Source: Octopus vulgaris (taxonomy: Eukaryota). From it: 64,000 bases of DNA. The notes under the pieces are model-generated. The model saw nothing but the letters and a program-made list of their open reading frames with translations, had not been told where the DNA came from and made no database searches. Shown here piece by piece: positions 1-13,600 of the stretch; the stretch's first letter is position 1; each line of letters starts with the position of its first letter. Position numbers and translations under genes: made by a program. Location: NCBI GenBank assembly GCA_951406725.2, contig OX597822.1, forward strand, positions 55,490,001-55,554,000, in the 5' to 3' direction.

Positions 1-904
1 TTGATTAATTTTTGTAGATTTATTTTTACTAAACACTTAGATTGGGGAGGGGGGAGGGGGTGCTTAGGCGTCGATATCGGTTCATTGTTGTTTCTATAAC
101 GATATCTGAACAGACGGAAAGCATTGGTGACCCTATAAGACAAAACTATTAAAATTCCAAGGAGTAGGCCATGGTGTTTTTTTTTTACCTCATATAGCCA
201 CATATAATTTTGATTACTAGTACCGAGACAGTAAAATATCATTTAATTTTGTGTCAGTTCCAAATCAGAGCCAAAATTTTCTTTGCATATCATCCTAAAC
301 GAAGTCGACAAAATAAATACCAGTAATACACTGTTTTCCATTAGTTTGTCTGTCTATATAATCGATTGTCTTTCATTTCAACAAATGCTTAGAAGTCAAA
401 GTCAAATGCATAAGTTACTTAAAATTTGATGGTATTTGAACACTTCTCTCAATATGTCCCAATCATTTTCTAGAATTAATCTGTTACCCTGATCAACACT
501 ACCACATATCCTTTGGCTAACTTTAACGGAGGCCGCTCCGCTATTAACATTTGCGTTAAGTCTCCAGTCAGAACATAATTTCTTTTCTTTTGTCTTGGTG
601 GTTTTTCAAAGTACCGCAATCACTTTCTGTACCTTTGTAGTTTTCGGGCTCCACCATAAAAAAAGAGTTCATAAATTTCTCCTACATACATCTATATGTG
701 AACCCATAAAACATTATTGTAAACAATAATATCTGTGTTTGCTTGTAAGTAGTCAAAATTATAAAACACGTTGACCTAATCTTGTCAGTTCAAATCAATT
801 AAAGGAATATGTTTATTCAGTGTTCCCTGTGGCAGTCGGTGCACATAATACTTCATCAAAATTATTCCACTTCAATAACAATGTTGTACGAAGTAGTATC
901 ACAA

Positions 905-1585
905 AGCTCCAGAACTATTTATGTTTAATAAAAAATAACTCATTTACTTAGTTTTAACATCATCTCCTTCGAAATATTTTCCTTGTACAGCAATACACCG
1001 TCCTCAGCTTTCCTGCTACTTTTGGAATCCGGCCTGGAAGTAGTTTTCCGTAAGCGAGCCAAGGACCTGCTGCGATTCGCTCTGGGTCTCGACAACGGTG
1101 TTAATACGGTGACCATTCAGCTGTATTTTCATCTTGGAGAAGAGATGAAAGACCGTAGATGCTAAATCTTGCAAATAGAACGGGTGCGGAAGCGATACCA
1201 TGTTGCTTTTGACGGGATACGCACGAATGATGAGAGCTCGTGAAAGAGTGCACTGTTGTCATGAAGAATCCAATTCATGGCGCTCCACATATCCGGTCAC
1301 TTTCACCGAATGACCTTCTTCAAACGCTTCAAAACGTCGCAGTAGAACTCTTGATTGGTCCTGGGGAACGAATTTTCGATGAACAATATCGCAGATATCG
1401 AAATAGACGATGAACATGCTTTTGACTAAGCTGAGGCTCTATTGTGCTTTTTGAAGCGCCACTCGAAACTGCGTACGATCCATTGCCTCGTCGCCGTAAG
1501 CTTGCTCAATGTCTCTGTAGCAGACTTGCCAAGTTTAATGCAAAATTTCACGTTGGCTCTTCGTACCTCCTGCCCATGACAAAAA
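905..1585 (-). mobile_element. Decayed mariner (Tc1/mariner) transposon remnant, transposase C-terminus
   Basis: ORF 1016-1201 MVSLPHPFYLQDLASTVFHLFSKMKIQLNGHR.. is a degenerate HPPYSPDLAP.DF.LFPKMK..LKG.RF motif. Downstream, the minus strand reads RCIAVQGKYFEGD, the typical mariner C-terminus. Confidence 0.85.
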
Positions 1586-2139
1586 TATTTCGTCTGCTGC
1601 TACATTCGGAGTTCAAATTCCGCCGAGGTCGACTTTGTCTTTCATTCTTTCCGGGTCGATTAAATAAGTACCAGTTACGCACTGGGGTCGATATGATCGA
1701 CTTAATCCGTTTGTCTGTCCTTGTTTGTCCTCTCTGTGTTTAGCCCCTTATGGGTAGTAAAGAAATAGGTATTTCGTCTGCCGCTACGTTCTGAGTTCAA
1801 ATTCCGCCGAGGTCGACTTTGCCTTTCATCCTTTCCGGGTCGATTAAATAAGTACCAGTTACGCACTGGGGTCGATATGATCGACTTAATCCGTTTGTCT
1901 GTCCTTGTTTGTCCTCTCTGTGTTTAGCCCCTTGTGGGTAGTAAAAAATAGGTATTTCGTCTGCCGCTACGTTCTGAGTTCAAATTCCGCCGAGGTCGAC
2001 TTTACCTTTCATCCTTTCCGGGTCGATTAAATAAGTACCAGTTACGCACTGGGGTCGATATGATCGACTTAATCCGTTTGTCTGTTCTTGTTTGTCCTCT
2101 CTATGTTTAGCCCCTTCTAGGCAATAAAGAAATAAGAAA
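1586..2139 (+). mobile_element. Three head-to-tail ~183-bp bodies of a tRNA-derived SINE (A box missing)
   Basis: Units start at 1586, 1770 and 1953. Each has a B box (GAGTTCAAATTCC) and the core GCCTTTCATCCTTTCCGGGTCGATTAAATAAGTACC. Same family as 4347-4760. Confidence 0.85.
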
Positions 2140-2588
2140 TCCCATCTTTATGTAAAGCAGTACATCAACTACTGTTTGTAACTATCAAAGAAGTTAGAAA
2201 TTTGTATTTTCTTTTTGCTTTTACTGTGTTTATCTTTCAGGACTAAAATCATTACAATATATGATTAGTATATTTTAAGGCTTTAAACATTTATTTGTAT
2301 AAATAAAGTTATCGACATGTCCTTAAAATCAATGCAAACAACAAAATATGCTTTTATGTTTTGCTGTTTTTTTTATATTTCAGCTACCCTACGACAACTA
2401 ATTTTAATAAAAGTTTTAATTTCTGTCATTAGCATTCATAGTATTTAATATTATTTATAATTATTTTGTATTAAATATACTGAGGAGGAAACATTCTAAA
2501 TTTGAATGTTTTTGGAATGCGGCTAACTTACATGATATTGTTACAACTTAATTCGGATTCTAAACTATCATGTGTTGAATTACATCAG

Positions 2589-2619
<31 letters not shown>

Positions 2620-2633
2620 GTATTAGTATTATT

Positions 2634-2721
<88 letters not shown>
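2589..2721. repeat. (ATT)n microsatellite
   Basis: Seen directly. Confidence 0.97.
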
Positions 2722-2723
<2 letters not shown>

Positions 2724-3379
2724 CCTTCTCATGCTGTAGACTTAACATTTTTAAACAATGGTGACTAAAATTACTTCTGGAGTCTCTCAGGGAATAAAGA
2801 ACTTGACGCTCAGGCTTCTTTAGTTTCATAGCAGTTCCACCCCTGGCTGTGAATATGGTAAAAAAATAGTTAACATATAAATATGCATCATATACTTCAC
2901 AGAGTCACACCCAATCCTCTAAAAAATTGCATTAGTAAGCAAAACTCATATTTTACATGTTGACTGTTCCATAAACATCTGGTCAATGCATTTGGTTGAA
3001 GAAGGAAGTTGGATATGTCTTCGCTGAGGAGCTGTCAACAAATCTTGAAACGGTCCGCGAGGAGACTACATCCCTCTTTTCTCTGCACAACAATAGTGTA
3101 GAAAGAATGTGCTTACATTCTTATTGAACCGACAGTGAGTCTATAAAATATTTAAACTTATCTTATTCCTTCTGTGTTGGGAATAAATAAACATAGTTCA
3201 ATAACACATATTTTAAGATCCTTTACGTTCTGAGATTCCCTTTCTGGGATCTATAAAATAAAAGAAAGCCATATAATCGATTATATTTTTAGTGGATTAT
3301 TATATTTTCATAACTTTGTTATACTTTTTTCATGGTTCAGTGAAGAAGGAATGACACTATCTATAACTGCCGTAGCTTC

Positions 3380-4322
3380 CTCGAAGCAATGCATGCACTA
3401 AAAAAAAACGATACAAAACAAACAAAAACTGGCGAGGAGGGAGATGGCTACAGCGAACTGATGTTCCTGTGAAGATGTCCAAGATTCTTGTCACAGTCTC
3501 CTTCATCTTATCAAGGTCTTCAGAACGACTGCCTTCAGGTTCTCTTTCAGCTTGGGGACCAACTAGAAGTCACAAGGAGCAAGGTCTGGACTATAGGGAA
3601 GGTGAGGGACAGCTTTTTGATGCCCTTTTCTGTCAAGTAGTGTGTTACCAGAATGGAAGTGTGGCTTGGTGCATGGTCCTGATGCAGGTACCACTGATCC
3701 AAATAGAAGAGCTCTAATCATTTTGCGTCGAAATTGCTTTCTGAACTCCCTCAAAACTGCCACAAAGTATTCTTTGTTGACCTTCTGGCCACAGATAACC
3801 CAGTGGATGTAGATGATGCCTTTGCTGTCGGAAAAGGGGATCATCATGAGCTTCTCGGAAGTCTTGCTTTGCCTGGCCTTGAGTTTGGAGGAGTCAGGAT
3901 ATTTCCAATGGACACTCTGTCTCTGATCATAGACACCTCTCATGGTCTGTCATCTCCCCCTACTGTCCTTGAAGCTTTGTGCCAATGAAAAGCAGATGCT
4001 AGGTTCATACAAGTTAATCCATAAGAAGTCTGGAGTTTTTAAGTTTCTATTGCGTTTTTTCCCAGTTTAACAAAACTTTATTGCGTAGCAAGCTTTTTCA
4101 TGTCCCAACTGCATTCTGCAAACTAGTCAGCTGTGTCATGCAGTGTTTAGTAGGATGTATTCAAAATGCTGTTATAACCCTCTCCTTCAATCTGGAATTA
4201 AAAAGCAGGCAGTTCAGTTTATTTGATGTGTAATAATGGTATACTAAAACGACAGTAATCTTAGACATTTGTAACTGCTTCTCACAAAAAAGTCTCAAAA
4301 CATCTGGAATACACATCGTATA
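3380..4322 (-). mobile_element. Decayed mariner transposon with 5' terminus near 4321
   Basis: ORF 3563-3943 contains PKKARQSK-like, FSDSKGIIYIHWV..GQKVNKEYF..VL and HLPYSPDLAPCDF motifs. The minus-strand end TA-CGATGTGTATTCCAGATGTTTTGAGACT resembles a mariner TIR with TA. Confidence 0.88.
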
Positions 4323-4346
4323 TAATTTTATCTGTCTGTCATTTCT

Positions 4347-4760
4347 TATTTCTTTACTGCCCACAAGGGACTAGACATAGAGGGGACAAACAAAGACATA
4401 CAAACGGATTAAGTCGATTGTATCGACCCCAGTGATTAACTGGTACTTATTTAATCGAGCCCGAAAGGATGAAAGGCAAAGTCGACCTCGGCGGAATTTG
4501 AACTCAGAACGTAGCGGCAGACGAAATACCTATTTCTTTACTACCCACAAGGGGCTAAACACAGAGAGGACAAACAAGGACAGACAAGCGGATTAAGTCG
4601 ATCATATCGACTCCAGTGCGTAACTGGTACTTATTTAATCGACCCCGAAAGGGTAAAAGGCAAAGTCGACCCCGGCGGAATTTGAACTCAGAACGTAGCG
4701 ACAGACAAAATACCGCTAAGCATTTCGCCCGGCGTGCTAACGTTTCTGCCAGCCCGCCGC
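4347..4760 (-). mobile_element. tRNA-derived SINE with full head plus one tandem extra body, and 15-bp TSD
   Basis: Head GGCGGGCTGGCAGAAACGTTAGC..GAGTTCAAATTCC. TSD CTGTCTGTCATTTCT at 4332-4346 and 4761-4775. Confidence 0.88.
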
Positions 4761-5429
4761 CTGTCTGTCATTTCTATGATTCGACAAACGTGCAGCCAGC
4801 ATTATAATATCCATTGATAATGATTATCGTATAGCGGATGAGAAAAAAAAAACCTTGTTCTACGTGTTGAGTTTAAATAGCTCTGGAATTGAATTCGCAC
4901 TTCATAGGTCAAAAGATCGATAATGACTACCTGAATCGAATAGAGTTGATTTAGTCGATTGTCTCGCGCTCTTGTCGTCTTATGGCTGACTCGTTTCTCT
5001 GCGAGTTTATGCGGCGTTGGGGATACGAAAATTGTAATTCGTTTGACAAACTCCTAGAGTGCATCGCAAACTTTCGTTTCCGTATTTGCAAAACAAAATG
5101 TGCATTGTTTGCATGAACAAACTGCAGTTCGTTTTTTCGTAAATTAACGTTTATTCTTCTTTTCTTTGTAATTTTTTACAAAATAAAATAAAATAAAATG
5201 AAATAAAAGCTATCGCACAGAAAATGCCAGATTCCAAATCCTGTTCACTGATTGAGTAAAAATAATCAAACCATAAACACCTGTAACATTTTTCTAAAAT
5301 TTTTCTGGGACAAGTGAATGACAGCATCAAATATGGCGTGAAAAATTACATCAACATACCAAATTTGAAAATTTTCGCTTAATATTAAAATTTCATAAAG
5401 TGTGAACCAAACAGAAGAGATAGATCATC

Positions 5430-5516
<87 letters not shown>

Positions 5517-5535
5517 TGTTGTTGTTGTTGTTGTT

Positions 5536-5587
<52 letters not shown>
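5430..5587. repeat. (GTA)n/(GTT)n compound microsatellite
   Basis: Seen directly. Confidence 0.97.
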
Positions 5588-5590
<3 letters not shown>

Positions 5591-5934
5591 CGGCGAAGGT
5601 GGCAGTAGTCGGGGCAAGAAGTAGTAGAGGAAGTTGTGGCAATAGGAACTATAGAAGTTTGTGTTGCTGGTGGTGAAGATGGTGGTGATACTGGTGATAA
5701 TGGTGGTACGGTTGCTGTGGCGCTGATAGTATAGTAGTAATGATGCTACTAATAGTTGTGATGGAAACAGGGATTGGCTGATGTCATTAGGGTCGAGAGG
5801 GTGTGGGTGTCGGTAATTGTAGTGAAGATAATAGAAGGAAGTTGTGGCAATAAAAGGAAGGAGTGGCGGTCTTCTGTTTAAATGTTCATCTTTATTGTTT
5901 TTATGGTCTCATGATTATAATAGCGTTGTTTTTC

Positions 5935-6058
<124 letters not shown>

Positions 6059-7200
6059 CTGATACTGCATCTTCAACAACAAAGTAAAACTACTCCTTGC
6101 ACCATTGCTTATGGTTTCAGAATAAATTATAATCCAAATTTAGTTATTTTTCTTTAGTCGTTCATCTGTAACTACATCGGTATGTAGCAAAAAAAAAAAA
6201 AAAAGAAAAAAAAGTATATTCTGGTAAGGCCTTAATACATCAGGCATATGGTCGAAGTTGTCTCCCGTATTTTTTTTTTTGTTATTAATAACTTAGTCAG
6301 AGGTGGAAAGATAGCGAGTTAGTGTATTCTTTGCTCTGATGATGTCATAACACAATTTTATCATTTAGTTTATTTTCTAGATTTCTTGCCAATGGAATAG
6401 AAGCCACGTTCTAATTTTGAGTCGAGGAATTTCAAAAATATCGACAAAGTAGTTGCGTAGATTTGCGTGTGCAAGTATTTGGAATCAGTGTATGTCGTGA
6501 TCAATATGTTTAGTTTTATCTATCTATACACATACGAGTAGTTGAGTCGTGTGTGTGTATATGTGTGTGTGTGTTTGTGTGTATGTGTGTGTGTGTGTCT
6601 GTGTGTGTTTGTATGTGTGTACGTATGTATGTACTCTGGGGTTTTGAATAATCATCCACCACAGAGTACAAACTATAAACCCCTGTAACATTTTTCTAAT
6701 GTTTTTTCTGGGACAAGTGTATGACAACATCAAATTCAGCGTGAAAAATTACATCTATATACCAAATTTTAAAATTTTCACTCAATTTTTCATACATTTT
6801 CCGACCCACCACCGCTTTTATTCCAGCCTTCACGCTTATTAAGTTTTCAGAGCCCCGCCCCGCTTATTAATTTTTAAGATTCCACCCCACCCCCGCTTTT
6901 ATTCCAACCTTCTTCCCTTATTAAATTTTACTAATCTGTCTCCAATGAAATTTTATTGCAATCTATTCATATTTGATACAACAGCTGGGATTGAACTCAG
7001 AACGTAATGGGCCATAACTCTATGCTGCAAGGTACGTTGCCCGATGCTTAGGTACAAGGCCAGCAATTTAAAGGGTAGTGGGAAGTCGATTAAACTGACT
7101 CCGTTACTAATATAAAAAGAACAAACTGTGGAATTCATAATTATTTTGACTGATACAAATTGTGAATCAGCATGACAAGATAATAATAATAATAATGATG

Positions 7201-7259
<59 letters not shown>

Positions 7260-7260
<1 letters not shown>

Positions 7261-7815
7261 GCCCTGATGCAGTATCAGGCAGTGGCTCTCGTGGCTTCTG
7301 ATCTTAACTGATTGGAAGTGTTATCATGTACATTGTTTTGTCTTGGTATAAAAGAGGGGCTACAGCAAATATTCTGCTCATTACCACAGATTTGCTTGTC
7401 ATTTGTTTGACCTTAACCAGTTGAGCATGTCCCTTAGTGGCTGACGATATGTGCATCTCTGATCACGAGCAGAAGTAGTGGGGAAGCATCATAGCCAAGT
7501 GCTGAGAGGAATTCTTTGGGGTTTGAATAATTCACCTCTGGAAACATGGGTGGTTTTTTCAACATCCTTAAACAATCCTTATTCAGGGACCGTTTGAGCG
7601 GGATGGGCTACTCAACCTGAAGAAAATTCTAACTGGGCCCCACCTGCAAGGTCATGTGCTGTTTATCTTGATATGAGATCACCATGTCACGCACATATGG
7701 TTTGATGCATGTGCCTGGTGTACCCTTATCAAACGGGTAGTCATGATGGGTATATTGGGCTTCGTATATTTTACCCCAGTGTCACTTTGATGGCATGAAC
7801 TGCTCTCTCACTCAA
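7260..7815. mobile_element. Putative non-coding interspersed element embedded in (TAA)n, possibly R4/Dong-related
   Basis: GC-richer block flanked by (TAA)n on both sides (7180-7259 and 7814-7822). Dong/R4 elements are known to target TAA repeats. The family assignment is inference only. Confidence 0.35.
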
Positions 7816-7909
7816 TAATAATAAAATAGATGACAGAAATGGGAAGAATACCTGGAGTGTTCTATTTGTTTTTAGAACGTATGGAAGAAAATACTTATCC
7901 ACAGTACAT

Positions 7910-8160
7910 GTACTCTTTTACTTGTTTCAGTCATTTGACTGCGGCCATGCTGGAGCACCGCCTTCAATCGAGCAAATCGACCCCAGGACTTATTCTTTAG
8001 AAGCCTAGTACTTATTCTTTCGGTCTGTTTTGCCGAACCGCTAATTTACGAGGACGTAAACACTCTACTATCGGTTGTCAAGCGATATTGGTGGGGGGGG
8101 ACAAACACAGACAAACAAACATATATATACATATATACGATGGGCTTCCTTCAGTTTCCG
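7910..8160 (-). mobile_element. 3' half of tRNA-derived SINE (same family as 29599-30012)
   Basis: Reverse complement of ..TTAGCGGTTCGGCAAAA..GGCGGTGCTCCAGCATGGCCGCAGTCAAATGACTGAAACAAGTAAAAGAG. Confidence 0.85.
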
Positions 8161-8564
8161 GAACTGTAGTCAATATTCATGCGGGTGAGCATTCAACATT
8201 TTAGCATTCAACATTCAGCGAGTCATTAAGAACCTCATTCCACCGAAAGGGGACAAGCGTGCAAACAATACTGAAGGCTCAGATGGTGACGGCATTGCGG
8301 AAAAAGCTGCCGAAAGTGAGTCGGCAGATGAAAGCAAGCCATCTGGGAATCTTTTGGAGGTGATTGACCCATCTGGAGAAATCCCCAATGAGGTTTCGCT
8401 GGAGCCAATGCACGGTCGGTCAAACATGAAGACGGGAAGGAATCAACAGTGATGATCAGTTTAATAAAGATGTCCTGTTCCTTGAAAAATACAGAAGGTG
8501 TTGGATGAAAACAAGACCCCTACACTTTTCTTGCCATATCGAAGCGAACTCGTGTCAACTGTCA

Positions 8565-8753
8565 GTGTCTTTGTGTCTGTGTTTGGTCTCCAACACCGCT
8601 TGAGAACCAGTGTTGGTGCGTTTACTACCACGTAACTTAGCAGTTCGACAAAAAATTGAAAAGAATAAGAACCGGGCTTAAAAGAAAATAGTACTGGGCT
8701 CGAGACCTAAAAAATATTTCAATGCCGTGCACCAGCATGGCCATAGTAAAAGG

Positions 8754-8755
<2 letters not shown>
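8565..8755 (+). mobile_element. Diverged SINE 3' fragment, related to the 29599-30012 family
   Basis: Similar to the SINE body (GTGTCTGTGTTTG..CGCTTGAGAACC..CGTAACTTAGCAGTTCG..CCAGCATGGCC). Confidence 0.65.
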
Positions 8756-8829
<74 letters not shown>

Positions 8830-9158
8830 CAAAATGGGACAAAAACGCAAAACATCCGGACAGCTAGGTGATACAAAAATGGACAACAAAACATCCAGAT
8901 AGAAGATACAATGAAAACAAGGACGAGTCATTCGAAGTTTTCTTTCCTCAGTCAACTCCAGATTATCCTCGCAATTTCGGCTGATTATTCTTGAGATTGC
9001 TCCAACCTGGCCGGCCCCAAGGAAAAAACTAAGCTAAGAGCATTAGATTCCTTGGAAGAAAGCAGCAAATATATACAAAAACAAGGATGGTAAAAACGGA
9101 CAATGTGACACAAATATAAATACAAAAAAATACAATATATATATATATATATATATAG

Positions 9159-10046
9159 ATTAATAAATAAATAAAATATATGCATATACACATACATATA
9201 TGTACGTACCTACCTCTACATGTATATATACATGCATATATGGGTACAGGACACCAAAAAAACGTCGAACATAATGAGAAACGAAAACATAAACACAAAG
9301 CCAAGGAAATGGACATTTTTTTTAAACAACGAAAAAATAGAGTACAGGACATACAAAACAAGGAAAATTCCTCTTCTTCAGTCGCTTTAATTTCATCTAC
9401 TCCACGTTTCGAAGGTCAAGGCGATACATGTCTTCAATGAAATTTTCCTTCCCGCGAAAATCAAATTAAATAAAATTTGAGGTTTTTTTGCGGAGGTAAC
9501 AAAAACAGGATAGTAACGACAGTACAAAATATAAACAGTAAAAGACAGGACACGGAGAATAACAGTAGCACAAACAAGAAGGGCTGTTAAGCCAAACGAG
9601 ATAAAAAAAATTTTACGAACGCTATTGTTTGAGACGCGAGAGAGAACAGGTTAACGTCTCTACTTGACGGAGTTCAAGAAAGAAAAAACAGAAATAGCCA
9701 TCTCATCACGTGACCGCGACGGGAGGGAGGAGGAGGAGTAAGAGAAGGGGAGAGAAAAGAAGAGAGAAAAAAGAAAAGAAGGGGAATGGTGGTAGAGAAA
9801 AAGAAAAGAATGAAGAATGAGAGAGAGACAGTAGGTGGAAGAAAAGGAAAGCCCAAATAATGAAGGCTGAGAAAGGTTAAGAGTGCGCATCAATTAATAT
9901 TAAGAACAATCTTACTTAGAAAGCGATGCATGCGTTCTGTCATATAATAAATTAATAAATAAATAAAATATATGCATATATACATACATATATGTACGTT
10001 CCTACCTCTACATGTATATATACATGCATATATGGGTACAGGACAC
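9159..10046 (-). mobile_element. Non-autonomous PLE-like element with ~95-bp direct terminal repeats, inside (TA)n
   Basis: 9159-9254 is repeated at 9952-10046. The minus strand near 9400-9440 has an HHR-like remnant TTGAAGA..CGAAACGT. Confidence 0.55.
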
Positions 10047-10270
10047 ATATATACATATATATATATTATATTAGATTAGAGATAAAATCACTATTAGGCA
10101 AATCAAACAGTGAAAATCATAAGCCAATACATAGAAATAAAATTAATTAAGAAAAATATAAAATATAAAATATAAAAAATATAAAATTCCAAATTAAAAT
10201 ATTTGAATTAAAGTTAAAATTTTTAAAATTATTTAAATAATTTAAACTTTAAATAATTTAAACTTATAAA

Positions 10271-10340
<70 letters not shown>

Positions 10341-10731
10341 AATGTCGTGTCGGTATTACTGACGCATAAACAAAATCAGGACAGTTGAAATACTCTGTGT
10401 CAAATCTACCACATGAAAACAAAAACGAACTATGTGTGTGTGTGTACATGCACACGTTTCGTGTGTAGTTACCATACAAGAAATACCAGGTACACCCTTT
10501 GTCAGTACATGAATTTCATTGTTATTTTAAACCGGAAGAAAATAGAATGATATTAAATAATTTCACTAAGGCGCAGGAGTGGCTGTGTGATAAGTAGCTT
10601 GTTTACTGACCACATGGTCCCGGGTTCAGTCCCACTGCGTTGCACCTTGGGCAAGTGTCTTCTACTATAGCCTTGGGCCGACCAAAGCCTTGTGAGTGGA
10701 TTTGGTAGATGGAAACTGGAAGAAGCCCGTC

Positions 10732-10797
<66 letters not shown>

Positions 10798-10854
10798 CAT
10801 ATATATATTATAGGCAATCAACATCGCCTTATAGGCAATCAACATCGCCTTATA

Positions 10855-13398
10855 GGCAATCTTTCGTCTCTAGTAGACCTTTCCGTCGATTTCTGTAAAA
10901 AACTTCTTTTTTTTTTACATATGGGCTTGCGGGAACTTTTGAAGTAATGAGAGCGAAAGAGACTAAGAGAAAGCGATTGTATGACGAGGGAAGTTCTTTT
11001 GAAGTTACCGTGCATGGGAAGCATTGATGTACATGTGTGTGTGTGTGTGCGTGTGTGTGTATGTGTGTTTGATGGGGTGTGGGAGACAGAAAGTATGTTG
11101 TGTAAGTGAAGTGCTTCTGTTAGTGTGTGTGAAGAGACAGAGTAATGTGTGAAAGAGAGAGATAACTGAAATTTTTTACTCGGTGTATGTGTATATGTAT
11201 GTATGCATGTATGTGTGTGTGTGTGTGTGTATGTATGTGTGTGTGTATGTATGTGCATGTGTGTGTGTGTGTATGTATGTATGTATGGCCGATTCAGTGT
11301 TTACATTATTTCGATTTAAAACGAAAGATTACCTTTGCCTGTTTATGTAACGGTCTGCTATGTAGAAAATAATGAGGTTGACTCAATGGAATAATGACAG
11401 TGATCGAAGATATAGACAAATTTTTTTTTTAATCGTTATACATGCCTTGTCGACTGCTACTGTGCAGCCTTAATGTCTCTGTTGATGTGACGATGGTGAA
11501 ATGGTAAGAAAAAGACGGGAGAGTTACAAAATGAGGAGGAGATATTCTTCTCATGAGAAAAGAGTTGCATGCAAAGGAAAAAAAAAGTTAATAGTCTATA
11601 GATGTGCACAGAAACTGGGTGAAAGCATGCATATATATATGCATGTGTACACATTGTGTTGTGCAGCAAAAGGGACGAACAGTACAAAATGTGTAACGAA
11701 AAGTGACAAAATCCTATTGGTAATGTCCTGTGTGAAAAGTCTATGCTGAAAAGTGAGAAAAGGTTAGTTCTCTTGGTTGGGTAGCTGTCCTAAGTGTTGC
11801 ATTTATGTATGGCAACTGTTTCCCTCGTAGATCTGTGCATCGGGTTGCAGTACATGTGGAATGTAATTGGTGACTTCATTCCTTTCGTGTTGTGTTGGGC
11901 ATGTGACGATGGAACTGAAAACTATGCGTTGTGAAAGTTCGTGTCCTATAATTCTTGTTGATGCGACTGGCATGGACTGTAATTGTTTTCAAGAGTTCAT
12001 GCGATGCTAAAGCAGTAAGTCTTTGAAGTCGAGCTCACCAAATGTAATGGATAAGGTAATGAAGACTGCAGTTCTGTGGCTCGAGGGTCAGCAATTGTGG
12101 CAGGGTTGTTGTGTTCGAATCACGTTGTGGGTAACCAGTTGTATCGTTGTATCGTTGTGGTTGATGTATTCTAATAACGTCGGTCTGTCACCAATTATCG
12201 ATGCTCGATGCCGACAATAGAGAATGTGAAGGTGGCATTGTCACTTCTTCATTTCGGCCAACTGTAGAAAAAGAGGTATATCACTGTGACACCTATTGTT
12301 TTCGTGTGGTGTCTGTGTAGACGCGGAAAAATTTTAAGTCAAACGGAAAACACATCAATTGACTTAGCAAAGCCATGTTGATTCTTAAGTTTGGATGAGT
12401 TCGTGTGCCGTGGGGAGAAGAGGAATTTGGCATTTCGGAACTGTCCCTTCGTCTCAAAACAACACAAATCACTGTACCGACTAGACTGTCGGATGTTGCT
12501 ACATATGCTGGTCACAATGCGCTTCCACGCATTGTTGTAGCTTCTGAGTGATGCCACCCTGAGGCTAGACGGATAGGGTTGCCCATTTAAAACTGTGTCG
12601 ATCGTAGTAACGTGATACGAAGCCTTTTGCTCAAAGCCTTTTCCTTTGCATGCAACTCTTTTCTCATGAGAAGAATATCTCCTCCTCATTTTATAACTCT
12701 CCCATATTTTTCTTATCATTTCACCATCGTCACATCAACAGAGACATTAAGGCTGCACAGTAGCAGTCGACAAGGCATGTATAACGATTAAAAAAAAAAA
12801 TTTTTGTCTATATCTTCGATCACTGTCATTATTCCATTGAGTCAACCTCATTATTTTCTACATAGCAGACCGTTACATAAACAGGCAAAGGTAATCTTTC
12901 GTTTTCACTCGAAATAATGTAAACACTGAATCGGCCATACATACATACATACATACATACATACACACACACACATACACACACACATACACATACATAC
13001 ATACATACACACACACGCATACATGCATACATGCATATACGCATACACCGAGTAAAAAATTTCAGTTATCTCTCTCTTTCACACATTACTCTCTCTGTCT
13101 CTTCACACACACTAACAGAAGCACTTCACTTACACAACATACTTTCTGTCTCCCACACCCCATCAAACACACACACACACGCACACACACACACACGAAC
13201 ATGTACATCAATGCTTCCCATGCACAGTAACTTCAAAAGAACTTCCCTCATCATACAATCGCTTTCTCTTAGTCTCTTTCGCTCTCATTACTTCAAAAGT
13301 TCCCGCAAGCCCATATGTAAAAATAAAAAGAAGTTTTTTACGGAAATCAACGGAAAGGTCTATTAACGGAAATCGACGGAAAGGTCTACCAGAGACGT
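10855..13398. mobile_element. Non-autonomous DNA element with ~715-bp terminal inverted repeats
   Basis: 10864-11580 is the near-perfect reverse complement of 12640-13398. The ~1.06-kb spacer has no recognisable ORF. Confidence 0.85.
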
Positions 13399-13543
13399 AT
13401 ATATATATATATGTATGTGTGTGTAGTGTGTGTATATGTTTGTGTGTCTGTGTTTGTCCTCCCAGCATCGCTTGACAACCGATGCTAGTGTGTTTACGTC
13501 CCCGTAACTTAGCGGTTCGGCAAAAGAGACCAATAGAATAAGT

Positions 13544-13600
13544 GGCGATGTTTCGCTTGTCGTAGCACAAGTTTCCGTCGATTTCCGTAAAAACATCGCC
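13544..13600. mobile_element. 57-bp micro-MITE, Merlin-like (GG termini, 8-bp TSD)
   Basis: TIR GGCGATGTTT/AAACATCGCC. TSD GAATAAGT at 13536-13543 and 13601-13608. The intact SINE at ~29887 has a single GAATAAGT. Confidence 0.85.

Noticed and set aside
1586-2139. Regularly spaced repeats resembling a CRISPR array
   Set aside because: The whole 183-bp unit repeats with no unique spacers, it is SINE-derived, and no cas genes are present.
2960-3140. Possible exon (KKEVGYVFAEELSTNLETVREE..)
   Set aside because: No clear acceptor, a stop precedes the candidate donor, and there is no recognisable homology.
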